Shown here in pieces: positions 40,371-49,944 of a DNA stretch of 64,000 bases. Every line of letters begins with the position of its first letter. The stretch's first letter is position 1. The DNA is from a bacterium (lineage in GTDB: Bacteria; UBA8248), in the NCBI GenBank assembly GCA_965203325.1, contig OZ241875.1, positions 768,001-832,000 of the forward strand. The letters are read 5' to 3'. The notes below the pieces were generated by a model that saw nothing but the letters and a program-made list of their open reading frames with translations, did no database searches and was not told where the DNA came from. Made by a program: the position numbers and the translations under genes.

Positions 40371-40925
40371 CTATCTCGCCTGGCCGAACGAATCCTGGAA
40401 GAAAATCTCGGCGGGATCCTTGCGCGCGGGCGGCTTGTTGTCCTTCGCCTGCACGTCGGGGTGCAGATCTTCGGTCTTGCCCGGATACCCCACGGCGAAG
40501 AGGGCCGCGACGCGAAACGGCTCGGGGATGCCGAAACCCTCCAGCACCTTCTGCTCGTCCCATCCCGCCATGGCGTGCACGGTCAGCCCGAAGTCACTGC
40601 CCTGGAGCAGGAGATTCTCGAGCGCCATGCCGACGTCGAGCAGGTATCGTTGCTGCCCGAAACGCTCGGGCTGTTCCTCGGGATTGCCGAGAACAACCAT
40701 CTTGAGCGGGGCCGCGGCCGCCCACTGGCGGTTCCCCTCGTTCAGGCATTCGTCGAACTTCGCCTGCGCCTCTTCAGACTCCACCACGATGACGCGCCAG
40801 GGCTGGCGGTTGTTCGATGACGGCGCCCAGCGGAACGCCTCGAGCATGGCTTCGAGCTTCTCGGGCTCGGGCGGCACGCCGTTGAAGGCGCGCCGGCTTC
40901 TTCGGTTCTTGATGAGTGGGTGCAT
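40371..40925 (-). CDS. Nitroreductase family protein
   Basis: RRS.R.F, APSS.NRQPW and AVGYP motifs; AGGAGG RBS. Confidence 0.92.
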   Translation of the reverse strand: MHPLIKNRRSRRAFNGVPPEPEKLEAMLEAFRWAPSSNNRQPWRVIVVESEEAQAKFDECLNEGNRQWAAAAPLKMVVLGNPEEQPERFGQQRYLLDVGMALENLLLQGSDFGLTVHAMAGWDEQKVLEGFGIPEPFRVAALFAVGYPGKTEDLHPDVQAKDNKPPARKDPAEIFFQDSFGQAR

Positions 40926-41119
40926 CCGTTACTTCCTCCTTGGGAATAAAAAAAGACGAAACAAAGTAGCTATTTATAACGAACACGATATGCAGACAAC
41001 TACTTCATCAATTACAACCGCAAATACAGAGCAAACCCAGCAAAGATTAGCTCTTATGGACGATTCGTTATACAAATAGAGAACGAAACGAAACAACCAT
41101 GTATCTCGTTTTCTTTAGC

Positions 41120-41149
41120 TTGACATCAATACGTGTCATTACGTATATT
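41120..41149 (+). promoter_or_regulatory. sigma70 promoter upstream of the abi leader RNA
   Basis: TTGACA-N18-TATATT. Confidence 0.6.
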
Positions 41150-41156
41150 AAATACA

Positions 41157-41288
41157 ACATAGCCACCACGCCTCTCGCATTGGTGCTTATTGATGATGCT
41201 AAACTTAAACGGGGCGACTATTTGACCCCGGAGAGTAGATCGTCAAAGGCTCCCCTTGATGATGCGGACCTTGGTGGCTTTTGCTTTA
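41157..41288 (+). ncRNA. Candidate structured RNA (abiF-associated leader/antitoxin RNA)
   Basis: AGCCACCA (41161-41168) pairs with TGGTGGCT (41272-41279), followed by a T-rich tail; inner CGCAT/ATGCG and CGGGG/CCCCG stems; TTGATGATGC present twice; lies between promoter and abi CDS. Confidence 0.55.
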
Positions 41289-41343
41289 GTTCTTCAGTGA
41301 TTTTTTGTACCTGCATCTTGGACACCCTGATCTTTGAGGTCTA

Positions 41344-42240
41344 TTGAAGATCCGCCATCTTACCTATGAACAACAGTTGGTTCACCTCAAAAAACAGGGT
41401 TTGAGCATAAAAGATAATGCTTTCGCCCTATCCAAACTCAAGACCATTGGCTACCACCGCTTAAAAGCATACTGCTCTCCATTCTGTGTTTGGGACAAAC
41501 ATTCCAAAAAAGTAACCAACCAATTCATCCGGAACGCAAACTTTAACGAAGTCATCAAGGTATATGAGTTCGACCGCCACTTGCGATTGCTGGTCATGGA
41601 CGCCATCGAAAGGGTGGAAGTCTATATTCGCACTTTAATCGCATATCACTTGGGCCATACATACGGTCCTTTCGGGCATACCGACGCATCGAATTTTCGC
41701 CCGGAATTCGACCATACGGATTGGCTTGGTAAGATAATAGAAGAAGCAAATCGCTCCAGGGATAGCTTTATCACGGACTATAAACTCAAGTATCCGCAGT
41801 CTTCTGCCTTACCAATCTGGATGAGCGCAGAAGTGATGTCGTTTGGAAGTTTGTCTTTTTGCTATAAAGGTTTGAAAGGCAATGACAAACAAGCCATTTA
41901 CCGGCAACTGGGACTTCGGGACAATCGCTTGGCGGATTGGCTACATCAGTTGACTGTTATACGCAATGTATGCGCCCATCATAATCGGCTTTGGAACAGA
42001 GAGGTTTCGATTAAGGGGAGACGCGTGCGCGATCCCGTTTGGAATCCACCGGTTACGCCCAGAAACGATCGCGTCTTCTTCATCCTCTTGATGTTGCGTT
42101 ATTTGTTGAAAACCATGGACGATAGAGATGACTGGCGCAATCAATGTACGGATTTAATTGAGCCGATAGCTCAGGAGAGGCGTTGGCGTGTGGCGATGGG
42201 AGTGCCGGAGAACTGGAAAAAACACCCGATATGGAATTAA
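41344..42240 (+). CDS. Abi_2 / AbiD-AbiF family HEPN RNase (abortive infection)
   Basis: TYEQQL..L...GL, IGYHRL.AY, YEFDR.LR, IERVEV..R, PIW...E.MSFG.LS and HEPN RNVCAHHNRLWNR; AT-rich. Confidence 0.92.
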   Translation: MKIRHLTYEQQLVHLKKQGLSIKDNAFALSKLKTIGYHRLKAYCSPFCVWDKHSKKVTNQFIRNANFNEVIKVYEFDRHLRLLVMDAIERVEVYIRTLIAYHLGHTYGPFGHTDASNFRPEFDHTDWLGKIIEEANRSRDSFITDYKLKYPQSSALPIWMSAEVMSFGSLSFCYKGLKGNDKQAIYRQLGLRDNRLADWLHQLTVIRNVCAHHNRLWNREVSIKGRRVRDPVWNPPVTPRNDRVFFILLMLRYLLKTMDDRDDWRNQCTDLIEPIAQERRWRVAMGVPENWKKHPIWN

Positions 42241-42321
42241 AAATCAAAACGTCCCACACATAATCCCTTAGTTATGCGGTGCATGGCAGCCGACCTAGGA
42301 TTTCGTCGGGAACCTTTACTC

Positions 42322-43143
42322 CTAATCCTCGAACCTCGCGTCGCGCCAGGCGACGGCGGCGCGAAGGCCCTCGCTCCGCGCAATCTCCAGAAAGCGGGCC
42401 TTGTCCTCGGTTCCCCTGCCCTCGATCATGAGGTCCAGGTCGAGCGCGGCCTCCAGCGCGCGGCCCATTCCCATGATCTCATACGTGCGGTTCATCGCCA
42501 GCTTGGTGGCGCGCAGGAGGCTCTGATCCATCGGCGTCATCTTCTCCGCCAGTGACATGGCGGTATCGAGCACTTCGGCTTCGGGAACCACCCGGTTCAC
42601 CAGCCCGATGCGGTGGGCCTCGGCCGCCGGAATCCCGTCTTCCCCCGTCAGGATGATCTCCTTCGCCAGCTTGGGGTTCGTGAGCCAGGGCAGGAGCATG
42701 ACGACAATTCCTGCACCGAACTTGAGTTCCGGCTCGCCGAAAACGGCGTCTTCTGCCGCCACGGTGATGTCGCAAGCCAAGGCCAACTCGCATCCTCCCG
42801 CCAGTGCGTGTCCCCGGACGGCGGCGATAGTGGGTTTCGAGAGATTCCAGAAGCGCATGACGGCGTCGAAATCCTGCCGGAGCGCTTGTCTCCACTCGGC
42901 GAAGCCTGTGGGCGTGTTCTCCGCCTGTTCCTTGAGATCGAAGCCTGAGGAAAACGACTTGCCCTCCCCGGTGAGAACGGCGACGAATATGGAATCTTCG
43001 GCTTCAATGAAATCGCACGCCTCGTTCAACTCGCGCAGCATGACGCGGTTCATGGCGTTCAGCCGCTCGGGGCGGTTCAGGCTCACGAGCGCGACGTTCC
43101 CGCGCACTTCGAACAATAGCGTCTCGAAAGCGGGAATGTTCAT
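42322..43143 (-). CDS. Enoyl-CoA hydratase/isomerase
   Basis: LNRPERLNA, FSSGFDL, GHALAGGCELALACD and FGEPE motifs. Confidence 0.93.
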   Translation of the reverse strand: MNIPAFETLLFEVRGNVALVSLNRPERLNAMNRVMLRELNEACDFIEAEDSIFVAVLTGEGKSFSSGFDLKEQAENTPTGFAEWRQALRQDFDAVMRFWNLSKPTIAAVRGHALAGGCELALACDITVAAEDAVFGEPELKFGAGIVVMLLPWLTNPKLAKEIILTGEDGIPAAEAHRIGLVNRVVPEAEVLDTAMSLAEKMTPMDQSLLRATKLAMNRTYEIMGMGRALEAALDLDLMIEGRGTEDKARFLEIARSEGLRAAVAWRDARFED

Positions 43144-43964
43144 CAGGTTTTATTCCTCGACAGAAACGCCAGAATCGCCTCGGCCGAGGCTTCGGGGCGT
43201 TCGGAATAGAAATGATGGCCCGTGTTCTCGACGATGACCAGTTCCGCCCCCGGAATCCGCCCGGCCATGAGTCTCGAATTCTCCGTCGGCACGAGAACGT
43301 CCGCCGCGCCTGATATGACGAGCGTGGGGACTGGCAAGGCCTTGATCTCCTCAGAAACGTCGAACGCCGCCATGCCTTCGTTGCGCCGCTCGATCTCCTC
43401 TTTGCTGATGGGAAAGCGGCGCTTGAAGCCGTCATAGAAAGCGACCACCCCGGGCCTTTCGTCTATCGTCTCGGGATGAAAGAGCGTCTCCAAAGCCGCC
43501 CGGCGCTCCGCTTCCGTGGCGTCGGGCGCGCCGCCTCTCGCGCGCGTCTCCCGGACGCCGGGGGCGGCTGCGATTTTATCCGCTCCTCCGAAATGAGAAC
43601 ACGCGACGATGAGACTCTTGAGTCTTTGGGGGTGTTTCACCGCGAAGGAAAGCGCTATCGTCCCGCCGTAGGAGCCCCCCATCAAGTGAAACGTGTCGAG
43701 GCCCAGCCCGTCGGCCAGCCCCAGGAGGTCTTCCGCCATGCGTGAAGGCGCGCGGTCGTTGTCGTCATGATGCGCCTTCGTCCTGCCCGTCCCCCGGTTG
43801 TCCGGCATGATGAGGCGGTATTCCGCCGCGAGAAGCCCCCGCAGCTTTCCCCAGACCTCCACCGTGGCCGTCAGGCCGCCCACCATCACCAGGGGTTCGC
43901 CCGCGCCCTCTTCCTCGTAATATATATCGAGCTTTCCCCGGCTCTCGACTTCCAGCGTCGCCAC
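43143..43964 (-). CDS. Alpha/beta hydrolase
   Basis: DNRGTGRT, GGSYGG and TGH motifs. Confidence 0.88.
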   Translation of the reverse strand: MATLEVESRGKLDIYYEEEGAGEPLVMVGGLTATVEVWGKLRGLLAAEYRLIMPDNRGTGRTKAHHDDNDRAPSRMAEDLLGLADGLGLDTFHLMGGSYGGTIALSFAVKHPQRLKSLIVACSHFGGADKIAAAPGVRETRARGGAPDATEAERRAALETLFHPETIDERPGVVAFYDGFKRRFPISKEEIERRNEGMAAFDVSEEIKALPVPTLVISGAADVLVPTENSRLMAGRIPGAELVIVENTGHHFYSERPEASAEAILAFLSRNKT

Positions 43965-44058
43965 CTATGACTCCTCAATCACGCATCAAACGCCTACATT
44001 CGTACGGATGTGCGCGGATGCTCGGCTTGGTCGCGCCAAATGAAACTCCTATTTGGCC

Positions 44059-45237
44059 CTACGCGCCCAGTTTCTCGGCCATCCAGTCCGCCATGTAGCC
44101 CACGACGGGCGCGATGTAGTCCATGTGGCAATGCTGGGAGCCGCCGTCGGTGCCCTTGTAGACGCGAAGCGTCTTGTCCTTCGAGCCCGCCGCCTTGTAG
44201 AGCGATTTCGCGTCCGCCAGCGGTATCTGCTGATCGTCTTCCCCGTGCACGAGAAGGAAGGGACACTTCATCCGCTGCACGACGCCGTCGAGCCGGAAGC
44301 CTTCGAGCTTCTCCAGGCCCTCTTCCGCCGTCTTGACGTTGAAGCTCCACGCCAGGTGGTTCCCCGGCGAGGGAAGCTGAATCTTGAACGCCGCCTCGAT
44401 GCGCCTTTTCCATATCGCGTGGTAGTCCCATATCGCGCCGTGGGCGAGACAGGCCTTGAAGCGGCGCTCCATGCTGGCGGTTCTGGGTGCGTAGTATCCC
44501 CCCAGGCTCGACGCCATGATGCCGGCGCGCTTCGCGTTCACGTCTTTTCGCTTCTCCAGCCAGTCGAGAACCGCCGAGCCCGCCACCTCGTAGTCGTGCC
44601 TGAGATATATCTTTCGGAAACGGATGGCCTCGCCCACGCCCGGGCTGTCGACCACCACCACGCTCATGCCGCGCCGGGCGAGTGCGCCGGCCGAGATGAT
44701 CATGGGCGATTCCTTGGTGCCGTCGAAACCCGAATACAGCACGACCACGGGGGGTCTTGATTTGCGCGTGTTCTCGGCGTGGACGAAGTAGCCGGGCAGC
44801 GATTTGCCCCCCTCGTAGGGAATCTCGACGATCTCCGCTTTGGGACTGTCGTTCAGGCGGACGTAGCGCTTGAAGCTGTCGATGGATTTGCGGTAGACGC
44901 CCTGCGATTCCTTATCCTTCGGGAAGCGAAACCTGTCGGCCATCTGGTGATAGGTGGCGGAGCGGCAGAAATGGCCCGCCGCCGTCAGGTTCTTGCCGCG
45001 GCGCTGCGCCACCACGCCCATCGCGCGTATGCGGTCGCCCATGCGCTTCCACTCATCGAACCAGAGTTCGTCATTGCCTACGTCTTTATCGAGATTCCTG
45101 CAGACCTCGAAAATCTCCGACGTATCCGCCCCGCCGCCCGCCACGCGCATCAGCCCCATGGAGGTAATGAACGACCAGCGATAGTTATCGGGAAAGTATG
45201 TGAACCATGGAACCTTGCGTACCGCGTTGACGACCAT
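44059..45237 (-). CDS. Alpha/beta hydrolase (2,6-dihydroxypseudooxynicotine hydrolase-like)
   Basis: IPYEG..LPGYF, GFDGTKE, D.PGVGE, SLGGYYAPR and HCH motifs; AGGAGG RBS before MVVNAV. Confidence 0.85.
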   Translation of the reverse strand: MVVNAVRKVPWFTYFPDNYRWSFITSMGLMRVAGGGADTSEIFEVCRNLDKDVGNDELWFDEWKRMGDRIRAMGVVAQRRGKNLTAAGHFCRSATYHQMADRFRFPKDKESQGVYRKSIDSFKRYVRLNDSPKAEIVEIPYEGGKSLPGYFVHAENTRKSRPPVVVLYSGFDGTKESPMIISAGALARRGMSVVVVDSPGVGEAIRFRKIYLRHDYEVAGSAVLDWLEKRKDVNAKRAGIMASSLGGYYAPRTASMERRFKACLAHGAIWDYHAIWKRRIEAAFKIQLPSPGNHLAWSFNVKTAEEGLEKLEGFRLDGVVQRMKCPFLLVHGEDDQQIPLADAKSLYKAAGSKDKTLRVYKGTDGGSQHCHMDYIAPVVGYMADWMAEKLGA

Positions 45238-45392
45238 GCGCGCTCTCCTCCTGATACCGGAATTTTGGACCAAACCTCTGTCTCAGATGGGTGGAGTATA
45301 CGCGAGATGATACCATTCCTGGAATCGGGTTATGATTCGCGGGTTCTTTTCAGCCATTCTCTTTCAAGCACACTACCGCAGGGGGGTATGAA

Positions 45393-45809
45393 ATGCCTTT
45401 TTACAGCACCGAGACCATCGAGAACGTACAGCTCCGCACGGGAAACCCGGGCGAGTACAAGCCCCTGGCCGGGGAGTTCATGAAGGCGGGCGTCGTCACC
45501 TACCGCAAGGGGACGGGTTCCAAGCCCCACTGGCACAACAACGAGGAGCAATACATCTACATCATCGAGGGCAAGCGTTACATGCGCCTCGGCGATGAGG
45601 AGCGAATCATCGGCCCCGGCGACATCCTCCATATCCCCCGGGGAACGCTCCACGGCGGGAGGACGCTCACCGAAAAGGCGGTGATGTTCGTGGCGAAATC
45701 ACCCGCCGAAGACCCCGACCTAGGGGCCGACCACCACTACCCGGACGATCTCCAGGACATCATCGCGCACCTCGACGCCAAGGCGGAGGAGCTTTACGGC
45801 ACGGTGTAG
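45393..45809 (+). CDS. Cupin domain protein
   Basis: PHWH..EEQ..YI.EG and GPGD..HIP...LHG motifs. Confidence 0.88.
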   Translation: MPFYSTETIENVQLRTGNPGEYKPLAGEFMKAGVVTYRKGTGSKPHWHNNEEQYIYIIEGKRYMRLGDEERIIGPGDILHIPRGTLHGGRTLTEKAVMFVAKSPAEDPDLGADHHYPDDLQDIIAHLDAKAEELYGTV

Positions 45810-45816
45810 AACGTCT

Positions 45817-46128
45817 GTAGTGGCAGTTCCTGCTCGGGACTGCCCCACAGGTCGCGACCTGTCCCTACGGGATCGACTCCTTCTTCCTTCTCGCATCCGT
45901 CAAAACGGACCAGAAAGCCGTCATTCCGGCATCATTTCCGACCAAGGCGGGAGGGAATGCGGAATCCAGGGAATTTGTTTTTCACCTTTGGTTTTTACCG
46001 GTATTCCCCGCGAATTATGGAGACAATGGAATGCCGCCGGATATCTATTTCATCGGTTCTGGATTCCGGCATGCGCCGGAATGACGACTAAAAACGAAAA
46101 CCGGGCGGACACGCGGGTCCGCCCCTAC
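45817..46128. repeat. REP-like cluster between convergent cupin genes
   Basis: ACAGGTCGCGACCTGTCCCTAC (45847-45868), GTCATTCCGGC...GGAATCCAG (45920-45969), CTGGATTCCGGCATGCGCCGGAATGAC (46059-46085) and GGGCGGACACGCGGGTCCGCCCCTAC (46103-46128). Confidence 0.8.
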
Positions 46129-46192
46129 GGAAGACGAATGGTTTCGCAGGGGAAAACCCGCATGTTCTCCCGCATCGAGCAATCGCTCCCCC

Positions 46193-46573
46193 CTAAAACG
46201 GATCATCAGGTGGCGGCGCGTCGGGGGCGGCCTCGCCGGCGGCCACGCCTTTCAGGCTCCAGGTGGTGTCCTTGACGTAGATGGCCTCGACCTCTTCGAT
46301 CATCTTTGCGGCGTGGACCTCGTTCGCGGGTATGTGGATGACGTCGCCCGGCCCGAGTTCGTACTCCTCGCCGCCCATCGTGAACTTCTGCCTGCCGCGC
46401 ATGATGTAGATGAACTGCTCGCAGGCGTGGTAATGCGGCTTCGCCTCGGTGCCTGCCTCCCAGATGCGGTGGCAGAAATACATCCGCTCCCCCTTGATGC
46501 TCTCCCCGTGGCCCGAGGAGAGGCCGGGGTTCTGCTGAACGTCCTTCAGATCTTCGAATCTGTAGATGGGCAT
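46193..46573 (-). CDS. Cupin domain protein
   Basis: PHYHACEQ..YI..G and GPGDVIHIP.NEVH motifs. Confidence 0.88.
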   Translation of the reverse strand: MPIYRFEDLKDVQQNPGLSSGHGESIKGERMYFCHRIWEAGTEAKPHYHACEQFIYIMRGRQKFTMGGEEYELGPGDVIHIPANEVHAAKMIEEVEAIYVKDTTWSLKGVAAGEAAPDAPPPDDPF

Positions 46574-46658
46574 TTCATGCTCCTTGCGTTATGAGGCGCT
46601 CATACAGACCTCGCGCCTTGAGCAGTGGCTGGCGACGGTCGAGAAGTAAACCTGCAAT

Positions 46659-47450
46659 CTATTTTATCTTCTCTAGTATTTCTTTTGATTTACTAATGAC
46701 GAACCGAGCAGATTTATCAAAAATCTCTGAATTCAATGCCATTATCCGCTGTTCTTCCATTGGTAAAATGCCAATCCTTCTCGCAGGATCATATCTCTTC
46801 GAAAAAAGAATGTATAAATTATGTGCGATAGGGCATCCCATATCGGTTATTGAATTATCATCCCTCAAGTATTCAAACTTTGTTGGGGAGTCACCAATAA
46901 TAAACTCATTGTTCCTATTGTATGGCGTGAATAAGAAAAGATCGCTTGCTTCATCTACAAACTCCGATGACTTTGACGGACGTGGCCAATCTCGTAGCGC
47001 GAGAAACACTTGAAACACCATTTGCTGATTGTGTAACAAATCTCCCGAATGACCGGAAAGTCTCGATGCAGAAAGATACAGAAAATACATCAAAATAAAA
47101 TCAACCAAAGTGTCCACTTCCTTTTCATAAAGTCGAAATTTTTCTTCTCCTCTATGATTTTGCTTCTCACGGTTTGCGAGTTTCCTCAATTTTCTGATTA
47201 TTGGCGCTGCCTTATTTTCAAGTTTAGAGCGTTCAAATTCCAATGAATAATTCTTTGCTGGAATTTCTTCATGAGGATTTATCATTGTATGTAAATCTGG
47301 GGTTACTATATTTGAAGGTTTTGCTTCTCTTAACTTGTTTGTTTTCTTATCAAAAATCCAACATTGGCCGTTTTTGTTACAAAAACCACTCAAAATAAAC
47401 TTTGAGATAAAATGTTGTTTTACAGGCTTATTCAAAGGTTTTCCGTCCAT
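46659..47450 (-). CDS. DUF4238-like protein
   Basis: N-terminal KQHFISKFILSGF, LE..AAPII and FIIGDSP motifs; strongly AT-rich; GAGGGG RBS before MDGKP. Confidence 0.72.
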   Translation of the reverse strand: MDGKPLNKPVKQHFISKFILSGFCNKNGQCWIFDKKTNKLREAKPSNIVTPDLHTMINPHEEIPAKNYSLEFERSKLENKAAPIIRKLRKLANREKQNHRGEEKFRLYEKEVDTLVDFILMYFLYLSASRLSGHSGDLLHNQQMVFQVFLALRDWPRPSKSSEFVDEASDLFLFTPYNRNNEFIIGDSPTKFEYLRDDNSITDMGCPIAHNLYILFSKRYDPARRIGILPMEEQRIMALNSEIFDKSARFVISKSKEILEKIK

Positions 47451-47472
47451 CGCTTTGCCGTGACACCCCTCA

Positions 47473-48357
47473 TCAACCCTGCTCCTTACGAATAAACCTC
47501 GCCACGGCCTCTCCGATCTCATCGGGGCAGTCCTCCTGGCCGTAGTGGCGCGTCGGGATGGTTACCTCCTCCTGGTTCGGCCACTCGCGGCAGAACGCGC
47601 GCGCGGCCCCCGCCAGGGCGTGGCCGTGTTCGCAGTTGATGAACAGCTTTGGGAGATTCCCGCTCGTGCGCAGAAATTCGCTGTAGCGCTTCACGATCTC
47701 GTAGTTGTCCGCAGGCTCCCCCTCGAAGGGAATCTCACACGCCCACTGGTGGGTCTGTCTCCTCTTCTGAGGATCTTCGGTAGGCTTTCTGTAGGCCTCC
47801 TTTTCCGCCTCGCTCAGATCGCGCACGATCCCGCGCTCGAACAGCATGGTCTCGACGAAAAAATTATCCTCCATCACCATATCGAGACCCGCCTCGCCGC
47901 GCAGCGTCTGGAACTGCGCGACCCTGTCCTCGGGCATGTCCGTCCAAAGGCGCGGGCGCACCATGGATTCCATATAGGCGAGACCTATCACCTGCTCCGG
48001 GAAGCGGGAGACGCGGTTGAAGCCCAGCGCGGCCCCCCAGTCGTGGAGCACGAAAAAGGCGTTTTCCGTCGCGCCCACCGCCTCGAACCAGGCGTCCATG
48101 TAGGGGATGTGATCCCGGTAGCGCAAACCGCCGCCGGGAATGCCCTCCGACGCTCCGCTGTTCATGAGGTCGGGCGCGAGGCACCGGCCTAAACCCTCCA
48201 GATGGGGAATCACGTTCCGCCACAGATAAGAAGTGGCCGGGTTGCCGTGCAGGAGCACGATGGGCGCGCCCTCCCCTGCTTCGATATACGCCATCTCCGC
48301 GTCGAGCACGCGGACGCGCTTTCTCTCATAAGGATCATCGGGGGATACGGGACTCAT
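47473..48357 (-). CDS. Haloalkane dehalogenase (DhaA/LinB-like)
   Basis: LHGNP.TSYLWRN, VLHDWG (Asp nucleophile + Trp), YME and HYGQED (catalytic His). Confidence 0.92.
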   Translation of the reverse strand: MSPVSPDDPYERKRVRVLDAEMAYIEAGEGAPIVLLHGNPATSYLWRNVIPHLEGLGRCLAPDLMNSGASEGIPGGGLRYRDHIPYMDAWFEAVGATENAFFVLHDWGAALGFNRVSRFPEQVIGLAYMESMVRPRLWTDMPEDRVAQFQTLRGEAGLDMVMEDNFFVETMLFERGIVRDLSEAEKEAYRKPTEDPQKRRQTHQWACEIPFEGEPADNYEIVKRYSEFLRTSGNLPKLFINCEHGHALAGAARAFCREWPNQEEVTIPTRHYGQEDCPDEIGEAVARFIRKEQG

Positions 48358-48375
48358 GGATGACTCCTGTCTTCC

Positions 48376-48747
48376 TCAGTTGGTCGTTCCCTCTTCCTGC
48401 CTCGGTTCGATGAGTTCGAGCCGCGCGTCGCCCTCCAGCATCCCCACTCTATATAGCGTGTGCGCCAGAGACTGCGGAGATTTTAATACTTCGACTCGGC
48501 TGGAGACACTCAAAAGGAGCCTTATTAAATCCACCATTCGGGCGACGGCGGTGCCGTCTACGAGATCCAGTTCCTCCAGATCGAGGCTCGTGAGGTCTGC
48601 GCTCAAGACCTCGCTTTCCATCGTCTCCAGGACGCGGGCGGCTCCCTCCGCATCGAGGTCGCCTGTGAGGATGAAACACTCTCCCGAGGCGGATTCCCTG
48701 AGTTCGTACTGAGGATGCGAAAGGAGAATTCTCTGGTCGGAATTCAA
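48376..48747 (-). CDS. STAS/anti-sigma-antagonist-like small protein
   Basis: LTGDLD...LDL.EL..VDG.AV...PQSLAHTLY pattern. Confidence 0.55.
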   Translation of the reverse strand: MNSDQRILLSHPQYELRESASGECFILTGDLDAEGAARVLETMESEVLSADLTSLDLEELDLVDGTAVARMVDLIRLLLSVSSRVEVLKSPQSLAHTLYRVGMLEGDARLELIEPRQEEGTTN

Positions 48748-48759
48748 TGCAAGAGGAGC

Positions 48760-49842
48760 TCAGTGGGAGTTCGTGAGCGGGAAGTCGATCGGCCGGTTTT
48801 CCTTTGCGCTGTGCTCGATCGCCAGCGTCACCTCAAGCACGGTGCGGGCGTGATGGGGCAGCGCCAGCGAGACGCTGCGGCCCATCGTCACCCGCTCCAG
48901 AAACAGCCTCGTTTCATCGCGCATCGGCCCCCAGAAATCGCCCACCAGCCAGTCGCCCGCCATCATGGATTCCAGGAACACCACGTCCGACGACATGCCG
49001 TCCACATACGGCGAGGGAACGCCCTTGTTCGTCGCCATGACGGCGTTTTTGTGCGAATCGTCAATCGCGATGGCCCCTTCGGTGCCCATGACTTCGAGGT
49101 CGATGGAGGTGATGTTCGCCGGCCAGTTGTCGGGCAGTATCCACGAACACCCGAAGTTCACGGTGCCGCCGTCCTCGAAGGTGAGGATCGCCCAAGCCCA
49201 ATCGCCGCAGCCCATGGGGTGATGCGGAAACACCTTGCTGCCCCCCTGGGCGTAGACGCGCCTGGGTTTTCTGCCCTCGAAATACCAGAGGCAGATGTCC
49301 ACCATGTAGGTGAGCGTGTCGGTGACGGGGCCGGCGTGCGCGGCGCGCTTGTATATCTCCGCCCCGTTTGTGGTGACGTTATAGAGCGTGGCGCGCGCGG
49401 TCTGGAGATGCCCGAGGCGGCCCCGCTGAATCTGCTCCTTGGCGTTCAGGAAACGGCGCCTCTGCCGCTGCGTGTAGCCGATGAAGAGCTCGGTATTCGA
49501 TTTCTCATACGCCGCGAGAATCCTGTCCGCATCCTCCAGGGACAGGGATATGGGCTTCTCGCACAGCACGGGCTTTCCGAGCTCCAGCGCGCGGCAGACG
49601 GCGTCCGCGTGATCGAACTCGGGCGTGGAGACGATCACCGCGTCCACGTCGGGATGCGCGAGCACCTCTTCATTATCGCCCGAGTGGAAATCGGCCTGCG
49701 TCTCGGTGGCGATGAGTTTCGCCCGCGCGGGGTCCCTGTCCGAGAGCGCCAGAAATTTCACCTCCGGCGAACCCGACGCCAGGTGCGCGCGCAGCCTGCC
49801 CATGCGTCCTGAACCAATGATGCCCAATCCGATCTGCTTCAC
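48760..49842 (-). CDS. Gfo/Idh/MocA family oxidoreductase, copy 1
   Basis: GIIGSG.MG, VSTPE..H, KPVLCEKP and GYTQR motifs. Confidence 0.92.
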   Translation of the reverse strand: MKQIGLGIIGSGRMGRLRAHLASGSPEVKFLALSDRDPARAKLIATETQADFHSGDNEEVLAHPDVDAVIVSTPEFDHADAVCRALELGKPVLCEKPISLSLEDADRILAAYEKSNTELFIGYTQRQRRRFLNAKEQIQRGRLGHLQTARATLYNVTTNGAEIYKRAAHAGPVTDTLTYMVDICLWYFEGRKPRRVYAQGGSKVFPHHPMGCGDWAWAILTFEDGGTVNFGCSWILPDNWPANITSIDLEVMGTEGAIAIDDSHKNAVMATNKGVPSPYVDGMSSDVVFLESMMAGDWLVGDFWGPMRDETRLFLERVTMGRSVSLALPHHARTVLEVTLAIEHSAKENRPIDFPLTNSH

Positions 49843-49944
49843 TTTGTCATCCTTCTAGATATACAGAACTGGTTTCACTTGCTCCTGCGGCGTCCGTTCT
49901 CGCGCCTTCTCCGGGCCGCTCATGAAGCTGCGCAACGAACCGCC

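Noticed and set aside
40970..41079. Integron attC site
   Set aside because: The R boxes deviate from RYYYAAC/GTTRRRY, there are no complementary L boxes, and no intI or other attC sites; kept only as a low-interest inverted repeat
41099..41347. 82-aa ORF upstream of abi as a protein antitoxin
   Set aside because: Starts upstream of the promoter, spans the structured leader and has no recognisable motif; the RNA interpretation fits better
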